NCBI RefSeq assembly: GCF_009914755.1
Contig: NC_060933.1
Direction: 5' to 3' (one strand)
Length of the DNA: 64,000 nt
Origin: the human T2T-CHM13v2.0 reference genome, Homo sapiens
This document shows positions 1 through 17,340 of this stretch, one piece after another (the stretch's first letter is position 1; each line of letters begins with the position of its first letter). A program made the position numbers and the translations under genes. Below the pieces are notes generated by a model, which did no database searches, was not told the origin of the DNA, and was given only the letters and a program-made list of their open reading frames with translations.

Positions 1-504
1 CCTGACCGCCTGGGCCTTACATCTATTAGGAGGAGGAAGACAGATAAACTAAGGCTCGTGCAAAGGAGAAAAATAAAGCAAGGTAAGGAGGTTGTTGAAT
101 GAAAAGAGACAGTCAAGTGATGTAGATTTGAATGAATCACAACGTTTACACTCTGGCTGTGGCCCGGTTACTTAACCTCTCAGACTTTGCTTCATCTGCA
201 TAGCAATTATAGTGAGGTCCCCATCCGAAGGCTCTGAGGATTGAAGGAAATGAAGCATGCAAACCTTTTGGCGTCAAGAACTAAAACTGAGCTAAAAAAT
301 CCCACGCACTCTTTCTCAACATTTTTTGTGTACCATCTCACTCAGTTCCCACAACAACCCCACAAGCTAGTAACTATTATTAGGCCCCTTTTTAGAGATG
401 GGGAAACTGAAATCAAAAGAGGTTTAGGCATCTTGCCTAAGGTCATAGTAAATGGCTGTCATAGGATTTCAACCCAAACCGACTTCAGAGCACAAGTTAT
501 CCTT

Positions 505-665
505 TTTTTTTTTTTGAGGCAACGTATCACTCTGTCGCCCAGGCTGGAGTACAGTGACACGATCTTGGCTCACTGCAGCCTCGACTTCTCCAGGCTCAAG
601 CGATCCTCCCACCTCAGCCTCCTGAGTAGAAGGGACCACAGGCGCGTGTCACCATGCCCAGCTAG

Positions 666-709
<44 letters not shown>

Positions 710-833
710 TTTTGTAGAGTCAGGGTTTCGCTATGTTACCCAGGCTGGTCTTGAACTCCTAGGCTCAAGTGATCCACCTGCCTGGGCCTCCCAAAAAGTG
801 CTGGGATTACAGGGGTGAACCACAATGCCCAGC
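505..833 (-). mobile_element. Alu (AluJ-like) with a (TG)n expansion in its linker
   Basis: Poly-T followed by the antisense Alu consensus (gaggcaacgtatcactctgtcgcccaggctggag...ctcccaaaaagtgctgggattacagg). Confidence 0.9.
667..707. repeat. (TG)20 microsatellite
   Basis: Perfect TG run read directly. Confidence 0.97.
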
Positions 834-911
834 GCACAAGTTATCCTTGTTTCTCTGTAAGGGTTCCTAAGCCATACATGCATACACGCACATTCACATA
901 CATCTTATACC

Positions 912-1104
912 AACACTGTCCAATAAGCTTTTTGCCAGTGATGGAGTTGTTCTGTTGGTGCTGTCCAATAAGGCAGTCACTAGTCTCTTGTGGCTACTGA
1001 ACATTTGAAAAGTACCTGATGTAAATGAACTAAATTCTTAATTTTATTTAATTTTAATTTAATAGCCACATGAGGCTAATGGCTACCATGCTTGATAGCA
1101 CAGT
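912..1104. mobile_element. MER3-like hAT-Charlie DNA transposon relic
   Basis: ctgtccaata...gtggctactgaacatttgaaa...tagccacatgaggctaatggctacc...atagcacag resembles the MER3 consensus. Assigned by eye. Confidence 0.65.
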
Positions 1105-2763
1105 CCAATAATATAGACAATAAGAGAGACACATATCCAGTAGATGGTAGAGCATGGCCAAGGTTCCAAGCATCCTGACTTCATTTAGGGTACTTGAAAC
1201 ATGGGAAATAAAAATTGATTATGTGGGGTGGAAGTCAACTACGGTGTCCTAAAAGTAAGGTCTCAAGAGAGCAAATTTGATTTGCTAAGCAACAGGATGT
1301 CACTCTAGACTTCTAAGTCAGAACGTGACTGATCACAGCATTATAAGACATTTAGGAAGACAGATATACAGATTGGATACTCTCTATGAAAGGGAAGGCA
1401 GTACCAGGGTAATCAAGAAAATCAAGCACCCATATCTCTTTGGAGCAAACATTCTCAACCCCAGTACAGTTTGATGAATCAAATTGAAAAGTCCAGATGG
1501 AGCTGCCCCAGAGATAATATTGTTTGGACCTCTCATAACAAAGAAACCAAATTGTGCAAATTTAAGCCCAGAGGGGATCCAGGAGCAAAATTCATGACTA
1601 TAAAAAAATTTTTAAATTGCAAAGTGGACGTAATATTTAATTAAATACAAGACCTATTGAATTGTTAAATTCAGAATATGTAAAAATTCCCTTTCATTTG
1701 ATATTTTTAGGTTAGATTTTTCCCACTTTGTAAAGATTTTCAAGATTGTATGATGGTTGCTGAGAAAACATAGCCAACTTTAAATATAAGAAGTTATTCC
1801 TGGCCAAATAATTACAAAAGCTGTTGTAAATGGCAGATAGGAAGATCAACATGTTGGATGTTGAAGGAAAGGACGAAATATAGCCTGGCATGAGAAAAGA
1901 ATGCTCAGTATAATTGCTTGTGTGACAGGAACATGAAAATATGCTGAATGTTGTTTCTTTTCTCGAAATAAACTTGCTGGTAGAAATGATGTTTGGGATA
2001 ATTCCTACACATGCATACTCCAGGAAAGGAGAAAACATCAAATGTTTAGTTTCTTCAATTCCGGCTAAAGTGGACTGTATGTTGTCTTCCATTTTGAGCT
2101 AAACTTGCCTGGGGAGGTAGTTTAGATGACTTAAAATTGATTTAGTAAAGTGCTTGCATAGCCAATACTAGGGATTCTGAATCCTTCCCAATGAGCCATA
2201 CACCAGACCTCACCATATGATGTTTCTTTGGGAGAAAATAATGCACCCACTAGGGATGAAAAATCTTCCTCTATGTCTAGTACAGTTTTTGCATGTGTAT
2301 GTACCAGGGAGCAGGCATTACTCCAGCTGTTTGGTTTCTTGAGATGCACTCCAAAAAAAAGTATAGGATATATCTACTTGTGCAATGATGCTATGGAGAA
2401 GTGATCTGGGTAACTGTTCTTTGAACTTCCACACACACTTTACCAGGAACTCAGCATAAAGACATGGGGTCAGTTTCATGAAGTACACAGGGTTGGAAGC
2501 ATTTGAAGAGGTTTGCTTTGTCTGTTCTTTGTTCTGGATTCACTCTAGCTGTAACATGATCAGCACCCACTCTCCTATGCAGTCAGCAGGTATTCTAGGA
2601 TAAAAGCTCAGGTTGATTGGCAAGAAACCTTATCCTCAAAAGTTGAGGCACAAAGTACTTTACTGCAATTGCTGTTAGACTAGAGTGATCCTGAGATGCG
2701 TTTGGGCATAATTGGCACCTGGACTCAATAATTTCTAAGACCCTGAAGTTGCTCACAGGCAAC

Positions 2764-2769
2764 ATGCAA
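2764..2769 (+). CDS. B3GALT9: B3GALT9 first coding segment (Met-Gln) at the 3' end of an upstream exon
   Basis: aacATGCAA|gtaagt: A at -3, then a consensus donor at 2770. A phase-0 join to the ttttttag|GTG acceptor at 4735 gives MQVTFCRL... Confidence 0.8.
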
Positions 2770-2933
2770 GTAAGTTTCTTACAATCTTTAAAGCATTTGA
2801 TATCTAGTAAAATAGGCTTTGAGGAAGCTGAAATTTTTTTCTATGTGTAAATGAGAAAATGGAAAGGAGTTCAGATTATAATTGCTGGGTTTTTTTTGTT
2901 TTGTTGTGTTTTTTGACTGTTTAAAGGACATGG

Positions 2934-3716
<783 letters not shown>

Positions 3717-4734
3717 TCATGCCCTATCCCAACCTCTTACCCACTGTGATCCTGGGCAAATTACTAAACCATTAAGCTACTCAGATGCTCAGCTTAATTA
3801 CGAAAATAACATATCTGAAAGGGATATTACCAGGGCTAAATGAATTAAGACACATAAAAGTGCTTATCGCAATGCCTGGCACAAAAGCAAGTGCATAATA
3901 GGAGGTAACAGTTATTATGGGAGGCTTTATTGATTGAAGATCCAATGAAAAGGGATTTAATTCATTTAATGTTCCCTGGCTCTGTTATACTACAATTCTG
4001 CACATGCCCTTTCAGACAGAAAGTTTCCATCTGTGTTGATGAGGTAGAGTAAGCTTGGCCTAGGTCTATCTTACATCTCTGAAGAGGTGCTATGCAGATA
4101 GCAGTAATCTGTCCATATTGATGGAAATGTCAGATAGATTAGGAGCCATTGTCAAAAGAAACTCTGATTCAGTATTAGATTAAATTGGAAAGTCATACTA
4201 GAAGAATGTAAATATTTGATAGTAGCCAGGGTGTCATGGCTAACAAAAGCAGCCACTTCATGGAAAAATAGCCCCTGACTTTTGTAATTAGAGAAGAAAT
4301 GGATCCAGGTGTTCCCATTCAAGAAAGAACATCATGTATTTTCCTACAGGTTTTTATCACAGTGATACCACTTGTTAAGTTATATCCATGTGTCTGTGTC
4401 CAATTCTTCTTGGTAATCCCAATGTCCAAGACAAGTGCCTTGTATATAGTAAATAAGCTTTTATCCAAACAAGCAAGAAAACAACCAACTAACACTTTAC
4501 TCAGTGTTCACTTTGTGCCAAATACTGGAATCAGCAGCACTGGAGAAGACAGAGACACGATGCCTGCTGTCCAGGAGACCATAATCTAGTGGAAGAAATA
4601 GATAATATATCACAATAAACACTTAAAATAGAGTGTACTGCTAAATGCTGTGAGAGGTCCGTATAGGGTTCAATGAGGGCAAAAACAGGAATAGAGGTGA
4701 AGCCTGAATGAACACGTGTCCTTTCCTTTTTTAG

Positions 4735-5838
4735 GTGACTTTCTGCAGACTTCGGACTCACCAGTGGTGTTTCATTCTATTTAATGTCATCCTATTTCAT
4801 GCCTTGCTTTTTGGGACTGACTTTGTGGAGGAATACTTTCTGCATTCTTTGCCTTATATAGATGTGAAAGTTCTTGAAATTAAGAATAAGGCAAGAAAAT
4901 TGAACATCGAACCCCTAAGAAGTAATCTCTCCAAATATTATGTCCTGAGCCAGTCAGAAATATGTAAAGGGAAGAACATTTTTTTGCTGTCTCTTATCTT
5001 CAGTAGCCCAGGAAATGGAACAAGACGGGACCTCATTAGGAAAACTTGGGGCAATGTGACCAGTGTCCAAGGGCATCCCATTCTCACACTGTTTGCTCTG
5101 GGAATGCCTGTTTCGGTAACTACCCAGAAAGAGATCAACAAAGAATCCTGTAAGAATAATGATATAATTGAAGGAATCTTCTTGGACAGTTCTGAGAACC
5201 AAACCCTGAAGATCATTGCAATGATACAGTGGGCTGTGGCTTTCTGCCCTAATGCCCTGTTCATTCTCAAGGTGGATGAAGAGACGTTTGTCAATCTACC
5301 AAGCTTGGTAGACTATCTTCTCAATCTGAAAGAACACCTAGAAGATATCTATGTAGGAAGAGTTCTTCATCAGGTTACACCCAATAGAGATCCTCAGAAC
5401 AGAGACTTTGTCCCTCTTAGTGAGTACCCAGAAAAATACTACCCAGATTACTGCAGTGGTGAGGCCTTTATAATGTCCCAAGATGTGGCTCGAATGATGT
5501 ATGTGGTTTTCAAAGAAGTACCCATGATGGTGCCAGCTGATGTGTTTGTAGGAATTTGTGCTAAGTTCATTGGCCTTATACCCATCCACAGCTCAAGGTT
5601 TTCTGGGAAAAGGCACATTAGATACAACAGATGTTGCTATAAGTTCATTTTTACATCCTCAGAAATTGCAGATCCTGAAATGCCCCTAGCATGGAAGGAA
5701 ATTAATGATGGAAAAGAATGTACACTGTTTGAGACATCCTATGAGCTCATTTCCTGCAAACTTCTGACGTACCTTGACAGCTTTAAACGTTTTCACATGG
5801 GGACCATAAAAAACAATCTCATGTATTTTGCTGATTAG
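4735..5838 (+). CDS. B3GALT9: Beta-1,3-galactosyltransferase 9 (GT31 family), main coding exon
   Basis: 367-codon uninterrupted ORF after a pyrimidine tract and AG (4733-4734). It has an N-terminal hydrophobic type II anchor and the GT31 motifs RRDLIRKTWG, LFALG, DIIEGIFLDS..N.TLK, KVDEE, YPDYCSG and DVFVG.C. Stop TAG at 5836-5838. Confidence 0.95.
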   Translation: MTFCRLRTHQWCFILFNVILFHALLFGTDFVEEYFLHSLPYIDVKVLEIKNKARKLNIEPLRSNLSKYYVLSQSEICKGKNIFLLSLIFSSPGNGTRRDLIRKTWGNVTSVQGHPILTLFALGMPVSVTTQKEINKESCKNNDIIEGIFLDSSENQTLKIIAMIQWAVAFCPNALFILKVDEETFVNLPSLVDYLLNLKEHLEDIYVGRVLHQVTPNRDPQNRDFVPLSEYPEKYYPDYCSGEAFIMSQDVARMMYVVFKEVPMMVPADVFVGICAKFIGLIPIHSSRFSGKRHIRYNRCCYKFIFTSSEIADPEMPLAWKEINDGKECTLFETSYELISCKLLTYLDSFKRFHMGTIKNNLMYFAD

Positions 5839-6104
5839 GATTTCTTTAATTTTCCTTATGAGTCTACTATTTTAAAGTTACCTTCTACCCTGTTATGGAA
5901 AGCATCCCTTCTTTCCCATGTTTTATGTAGGTTCTCTGAATCTTTAATTTTATTTGCAAAGGTACAAAATGTTTTCTGTGCTCTGGTGTGCTCAATTACT
6001 GAGATCTCAAATTTTTAAAAAATTTAAGTTGGTGTAGCATAATTCTTTTCAAAATGAAATATTTCTCTCAAAAGAGAGAACATTATGTTTCATTGTTTAT
6101 TTAG

Positions 6105-6724
<620 letters not shown>

Positions 6725-7617
6725 CAGTACACAATTCATTATAACTAAGTTTTTTTTTTTATAAACTGACTAGTAAAAATTATGTATATTTATGTTGTAC
6801 AACATGTTTTGATATATGTATATGTTATAGAATGGCTAAATCAAGCTATTTAACACATGCATCACCTGACATACTTTTTTGTAGTGAGAACACTTAAAAT
6901 CTACTCTACTAACAATTATCAGATATTGATATATTGCTGTTAATTGTCATGACCATGATGTATGATAGAGCTCTTGAACTTATTCCTCATGTCTAACAAA
7001 AATGTTGGATCTCTTGGCCATATCTGCCAAGTTTTCCCAACCCCCAGTCTCTGGTAACCTCCATTTACTCTCTGTTTCTATGAATTTGAGTTTTTTTACA
7101 CTCCACATATAAGTGAGCTCATGTGCTTATTTGTCCTTCAATGCCTGGTTTATTTCATGTAACATAATGCACTCCAGGTTCATCCATGTTGTTGGAAATG
7201 ACAGGATTTCTTTCATTTATAAGGCTGAATAGCATTTTATTGTGGATATATACCACATTTTCTTTATTCATGCACTGGTGGACACTTAGATAGATGCCAC
7301 TAATCTTGTGAATAATGCTGCATTGAATGTGGGGAGTGCAGATATCTCTTTAACATACTGATTTAATATCTTTTGGATATATTTCCAGTAGCGGAATTGC
7401 TAGATTGTGTGGCAGTTCTATTTTTAATTTTGTGAGGAACCTCCATAATGGCTGTATTATTGGTTTACCATAATGGCTCATTGTGGTTTTACTTTGCATT
7501 TCCCTGATGATTAGTGGTATTGAGCATTTTTTTTTCATATACCTGTTGGCCATTTGTACTTCTTCTTTTGAGAAATGTCTATTTAGGGCCTTTGGTCATT
7601 TCTAAGTCAGGTTATTT

Positions 7618-7945
<328 letters not shown>

Positions 7946-8960
7946 CTATTGTGTTGTTTGAGTCCCTTATCTATTTGGATATTAACCCCAGAACAGATAT
8001 ATGGCTTGCAAATATTTTCTCCCATTCCATAGCTTATCTCTTCACTGATTGCTGCTTTTGATATGCACAAGCTTTATAGTTTGGTATTATCTCATTTGTC
8101 TATTTTAGCTTTTGTTGCCTATACTTAAGGGGTCATAGCCAAGAAAATCTTCGCCCAGACCAATGTCATGGAGCTTCCCCCACCTATGTTTTCTTCTAGT
8201 AGTTGTACAGGTCTTACATTTAAGGTCTTACATTTAAGTCTTTAATCCGTTGTGAGTTGATTTTTGTATATAGTGTGAGATGAGGGTATACTTTTATTAT
8301 TCTGCAGGTAGATATCCATCCAGTTTTCCCAGCACCATTCATTGTAAAGACTATCTTTTTCCCATTCAGTGTTCTTGGCATCTTTATCAAAAATCAATTG
8401 ACTATCAATGAATGAATTTATTTCTGGGCTCTCTATTGTGTTCCATTGGTCTGTGTGTCTATTTTTATAGTGTACATGCTGTTTAGATTACTGTAGCTTT
8501 GTAACAGATGTTCAAATCCAGTAGTATGATGCCTTCGGCTTTGTTATTTTTGCTCAAGATTGTTTTGGCTGTTCAAAGATTTTTGCATTTTCATATGAAT
8601 ATTAGGATTTTTTTTCTATTTCCATGAAAAATATCATTGGAGTTTTACTAGAGTTTGAATTGAATCTGTATGTGGCTTCAGGTAGCAGGGACATTTTAAC
8701 ATTAGTCCTTCCAATCCATGAACGTGGCATATCTTTTCTGTAATTTGTGTCATCTTCAATTTCTTTCATCAACATTTTACAGTTTTTATTACACAGATTT
8801 TTTTACCTCCTTATTTAAATTTACTCCTAAGTATTTTGGGTTTTTTTTCTTTTGATGCTACTATAAAAAGGATAGTTTTCTTTTTCAGATAGTACATTGT
8901 TAGAATATGAAAATGCTACTGATTTTCATAAGTTGATTTTTTTCCCTGCAACTTTACTGA

Positions 8961-9206
<246 letters not shown>

Positions 9207-9667
9207 TGATCAGGCTAGTCTCAACCTCCTGACCTCAGGTGATCCGCCCACCTCAGCCTCCCAAAATGCTGGGATTACAGGCGTGAGCCACTATGCCCAG
9301 TGCAGTTCTAACAGTTTTTGATGGAGTCTTTAGGGTTTTCTCTTATAAGGTCATATTGTCAGTAAACAGTGACAGTTTCACTTCTTCCTTTCCTATTTGG
9401 AAATATATATATTTTTAATTTTTATATTATATATATATATATATTCAAGACAAGATCTCGCTCTGTTGCCCAGGCTGGAATGCAATGGCATGAACACAGC
9501 TCACCGCATCCTTGACCTCCCAAGTTCAATAGATCCTCTTGCCTCAGCCCCCCGAGTAGCTGAGAATACAGGTGTGCACCACCTCGCCCAGATAATTTTT
9601 GTATTTTTTACAGAGATGGGATCTTGCCATGTTGCCCAGGGTGGTCTTGAACTCCTGGCCTCAGTGA

Positions 9668-10114
<447 letters not shown>

Positions 10115-10864
10115 TGAACAGAAGTGAGAGTGAGCATCCTTGTCTTGTTTCTGATTTTAGAGGAGAAGCTTTTAACTTTATTTTTCTGTTGAGAATGATG
10201 TTAGCTATGTGTTTGTCATGTGTGACTTTTATTGTGTTGAGGTACATTCTTTTAATACTTTATTTTTGAAAGTTTTTATCAGGAAAAAATGTTGAATTTT
10301 ACCATATGCCTTTTTTGCATCTATTGAGATGCTCATATAATTTTGTCCCCTTCATTCTGTTAACGTAGTGTATCATCTTTATAGATTTGTGTATGTTGAG
10401 CTATCCTTGCATCCCTGGGATAAATCCCACTGGATTATGATGAATAATCCCTTTCATGTGCTGTTGAATTTAGTTTGCTAGTATTTTATTGAGGATTTTT
10501 GTACCTATGTTTATCAGGGATATTGGCTGGGATCTTGTTTATTTGTGGCTTGTAATTTTCTTTTCATGTAGTCTCTTTGTCTGGCTTTGCTATCAGGGTA
10601 ATGCTGACCTCACAAAATGAGTTTGAAAGTATTCCCTCTTCTGTTTTGAGGGGAGAGTTTGAGAAGGATTGGTATTAATTCTTCTTTAAGTGTTTGGTAG
10701 ATGGCTTCAGCAGTTGGTGGGAGATTTTTTATTGCTGATTCAATCTCTTTACTCTGTGCTGGTCGGTTCAGATTTTCCATTTCCTCATGATTTAGGATTG
10801 ATAAGTTGTATGTGTCCAGGAATGTATCCATTTCTTCTAAGTTATCCATGTTGTTGTTGTATAA

Positions 10865-11880
<1,016 letters not shown>

Positions 11881-12108
11881 CAATTCTTTATGTTTTTGTG
11901 TTATCAGTTTTAATATCTCTTTCATTTCTGATTCTGCTTGAGTCTTATCTCTATTTTTTTCTTATTTAGTCTACCTAAGGGTTTGTCAACTTTATCTTTT
12001 AAAAAAAAACAACTCTTAGTTTCATTAGTCTTTTGTGTCATTTTTCTGGTGTCTACTTTTTTAATTTCTGCCCTGATCTTTGTTATTTCCTTCCTTCTGC
12101 TACCTTAG

Positions 12109-12715
<607 letters not shown>

Positions 12716-14389
12716 TGATCCACCCGCCTCGGCCTCCCAAAGTGCTGGGATTACAGGCATGAGCCACTGCACCCGGCCATTCTTCTTTCATAGTTTCCTT
12801 GAGATGTAATGTTAGGTTGTTAATTTGTGATATTTCTTTCCTTTTGATGTAGGCATTTAGTACCATGAACTTCCCTTTTAGAACTGCTTTTGATGTATCT
12901 TACAAGTCTTCATTTGTCACAAGATATTTTTAAATTTCCCTTTTAATTTATTTGACCCAACATTTGTTCAGGAGCATATTATTTTATTTCCAAGTATTTA
13001 TTCATTTTCCTTGATTTCTCCTGTTACTGATGTCTAGTTTCGTACCAATATGGTCACAAAAGATACTTAATATGATTTCAATCTTCTTAAATTTTTAAAG
13101 ACTTTTCTATGGGCTAACATGATGTATCCTGGATAATGTGATGTGTGTGCTTGAGAAGAATGTGTATTCTATTGCTTTTGGATATAATGTTTTGTATATT
13201 TCTGTTAGATCCATTTTGTCTAAAGTGTAGCTCAAGTCCAGTGTTTTCTTATTGATTTTCTGTTTGAATGATCTGTCTATTGTTAAAAATGAAGTATTGA
13301 ATCCCTACTACTATTGTGTTATAGTCTCTCTACTATAGGCTTTGCTCTGTAATTACCCTGAGGCTTACATAAAACACCTTACTACAGGCTATTTTAAGTT
13401 GACAACAACTTAATTTTCATTTTAATGTCATACTCAAACTGTATGCTTTTATTCCCCCTCCTCTCATGTTTTATGCTTTTGATGCCACACTTCATACCTT
13501 TTTATAATTTGTATCCTTTAACCAGTTATTATAGCTTTAGTTGTTTTTAATAGTTTTGCATTTAATCTTTATACTATATACTTTAATCTTTATACTTTAT
13601 ACCAGAGATATAATTCATTGCCCACTGCCACTGCAGAAATAGAGAATTTGGATTTGACAATGTGCTTACTTTTTCCAGTGACTTTTATATTTTCATATGT
13701 TCTTATGTTACTGCTTAGCATCCTCTTCCTTCAGCTTGAAGAACTCCCTTTAGCATTTTTTGTAAGGCAGGCCTAGTGGTGACAGACTCTCTCAATTTTT
13801 GTTTAAGTCTTTATCACCCTTTCATTTTTGAAAGACAGGATTATTTGATATAGTATTCTTGGTCAGCAGGTTTGTTTTTTTTTTCCTTTTAGGATTTTGA
13901 ATATACCATTCCATTCCTTTCTTGACTGCAAGGTTTCTGAAGATAAATCTGCTGATAGTCTTATATATGTTCCATTGTATGTGACAATTTGCTTTTTCCT
14001 TGCTGCTTTCAGCACTTTCACTTTGTCTTTAACTTTTGACAATTTGATTATGATGTGTCTTGATGTGGGTCTCTTTGGATTTATCATTTGCTGTACTTTG
14101 GGCTTCTTGGATCTGGCTTTTAATTTCCTTTCCTAGACTTGGAAAGTTTTCTGTCATTGTTTCTTTGAATATATTCTCTATGCTTTTCTTTTTCTCCCTC
14201 TCCTTCTTCTGGTACACTAACAATGCATAAGTTTTTCAATAGATGTTGTTCCATAAGTCTCTTAAATTATCTACATTCCTTAATTTTTTAATTTTTGCTC
14301 CCAGATTGAATGATTTCCAGTGACCTGTCTTCAAGTTCATTGGTCCTTTCTTCTGCTTGATCTGGTCTGCTGTTGAACCCCTCTATTGA

Positions 14390-14719
<330 letters not shown>

Positions 14720-15107
14720 TAGTAGAGATGGGTTTCCACCATGTTGGACAGGCTGGTCTCAAACTCCTGGCTTCAAGTCATCTACTCACCTCAGCTTCCC
14801 ACAGTGCTAGGGTTACAGGCATGAGCCACTACTAGCAGCCTATCACCATTATTTTGAATTGCTGTCAGGTCAAACAATATCTCCCATTCGTTTGGGTTAG
14901 TTTCTGTAGAATTATCTTGCTCTTTTATTTGTTTCTTCATTTCCCTTGACTCTCTGTGTTGGTTTCTGTGCATTAGATAAGACAAATAACTCGTCCAGTA
15001 TTGTGAGGCTGGCCTTATATAGGAGAAGAATCTCACCTATCTGTCCAGCCACCCGCCTTGGCCTCCCAAAGTGCTGGGATTACAGGTGTGAGCCACCATG
15101 TCCTGCC

Positions 15108-15428
15108 TACAGTATAAGTTCTTTCATGTTTTTGAAAGAAACTGGAACAAAAGATTTTATCATATTTTTTATATTCATAGGATTTTTCTCAAGTGTGAAT
15201 CTGTTTATGTTTTTGAAGGTACCTGATATATCTGAATGCTTTCCTTATTCCTTACAAGGAACAGGTTTTCTATGCAGTTTGAGTTATTTCATGTATTTGA
15301 CAGAAACTGGAAAGGCCACATTTTTTTAATGCTCATAGGATCCTTCTCCATTTTTAATCTATTCATGTGTTGGAAAGGAACTGGGATAATTAAATGCTTT
15401 CCTACATTCCTTTCCTTCATTGGATGTC
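15108..15428 (-). pseudogene. Degenerate C2H2 zinc-finger (KRAB-ZNF-type) array fragment, about 4 fingers
   Basis: Minus-strand translation gives KECRKAFNYPSSFPTHE*IKNGEGSYE ... [44 protein letters not shown], with repeated ~28-aa units, HTGEKPY-like linkers, stops and frameshifts. Confidence 0.8.
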
Positions 15429-16117
15429 TTTGTTTTTTTGTTTTTTGTTTTTGTTTTTTTTTTTGAGACAGAGTTTCACTCTGTCACCCAGGATAGAGTG
15501 CAGCGGCTCATTGCAGCCTTGAGCTCTTGGGCTCAAGCAGTCCTCTTGCCTCTGTCTTTTGGTTAGCTAGGACAACAGGTGTGTACCACCATGCCTGGCT
15601 GATTTTTCATTATTTTTGGAACAGATGAGGTCTCACTACGTTGCCCAGGCTGGTCTCGAACTCCTGTACTTAAGTGACCCTCCTGCCTCGGCCTCCCTGA
15701 GTGCTGGAATTAGAGGCATGAGCCACTGCACCTGGCCTCTATTGCACTTTTCATTGCATTCATTGTATTTTTTCAATTCCAGAATCTTTTTAATCCAACT
15801 GAATATATTTATTACAAGTGCATTGAGACTATACAGAATCATGGTTAAGAACACAGACTGTGTAGTCAGACTGCTTCGATTCAAAGCCCAGCTCTGCCCA
15901 GCTGTGTAACCTTGGGCAGTTTTCTTAACCTCTCTGTGCAGTCATTGCCTCGACTGTGAAATGGGGTAAAAATAATATGTGGCTCATAGGGTTCTTAACG
16001 GAGTTCAATGAGTTAAAATATGTTCAGCAGTTAGAACTCATAGTAAGTACCATATATATTTATGCTATTATTTTCATGTTGCTACTTATCTGTCATACAC
16101 AAAAGGTAATTTTTCCC

Positions 16118-17340
<1,223 letters not shown>

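Noticed and set aside
1712-2349. Minus-strand ORFs of 126 and 72 aa upstream of the B3GALT9 ATG
   Set aside because: No recognisable domain or splice context; consistent with chance ORFs antisense to B3GALT9.
4938-5589. Antisense ORFs overlapping B3GALT9
   Set aside because: Shadow ORFs of a real coding exon.
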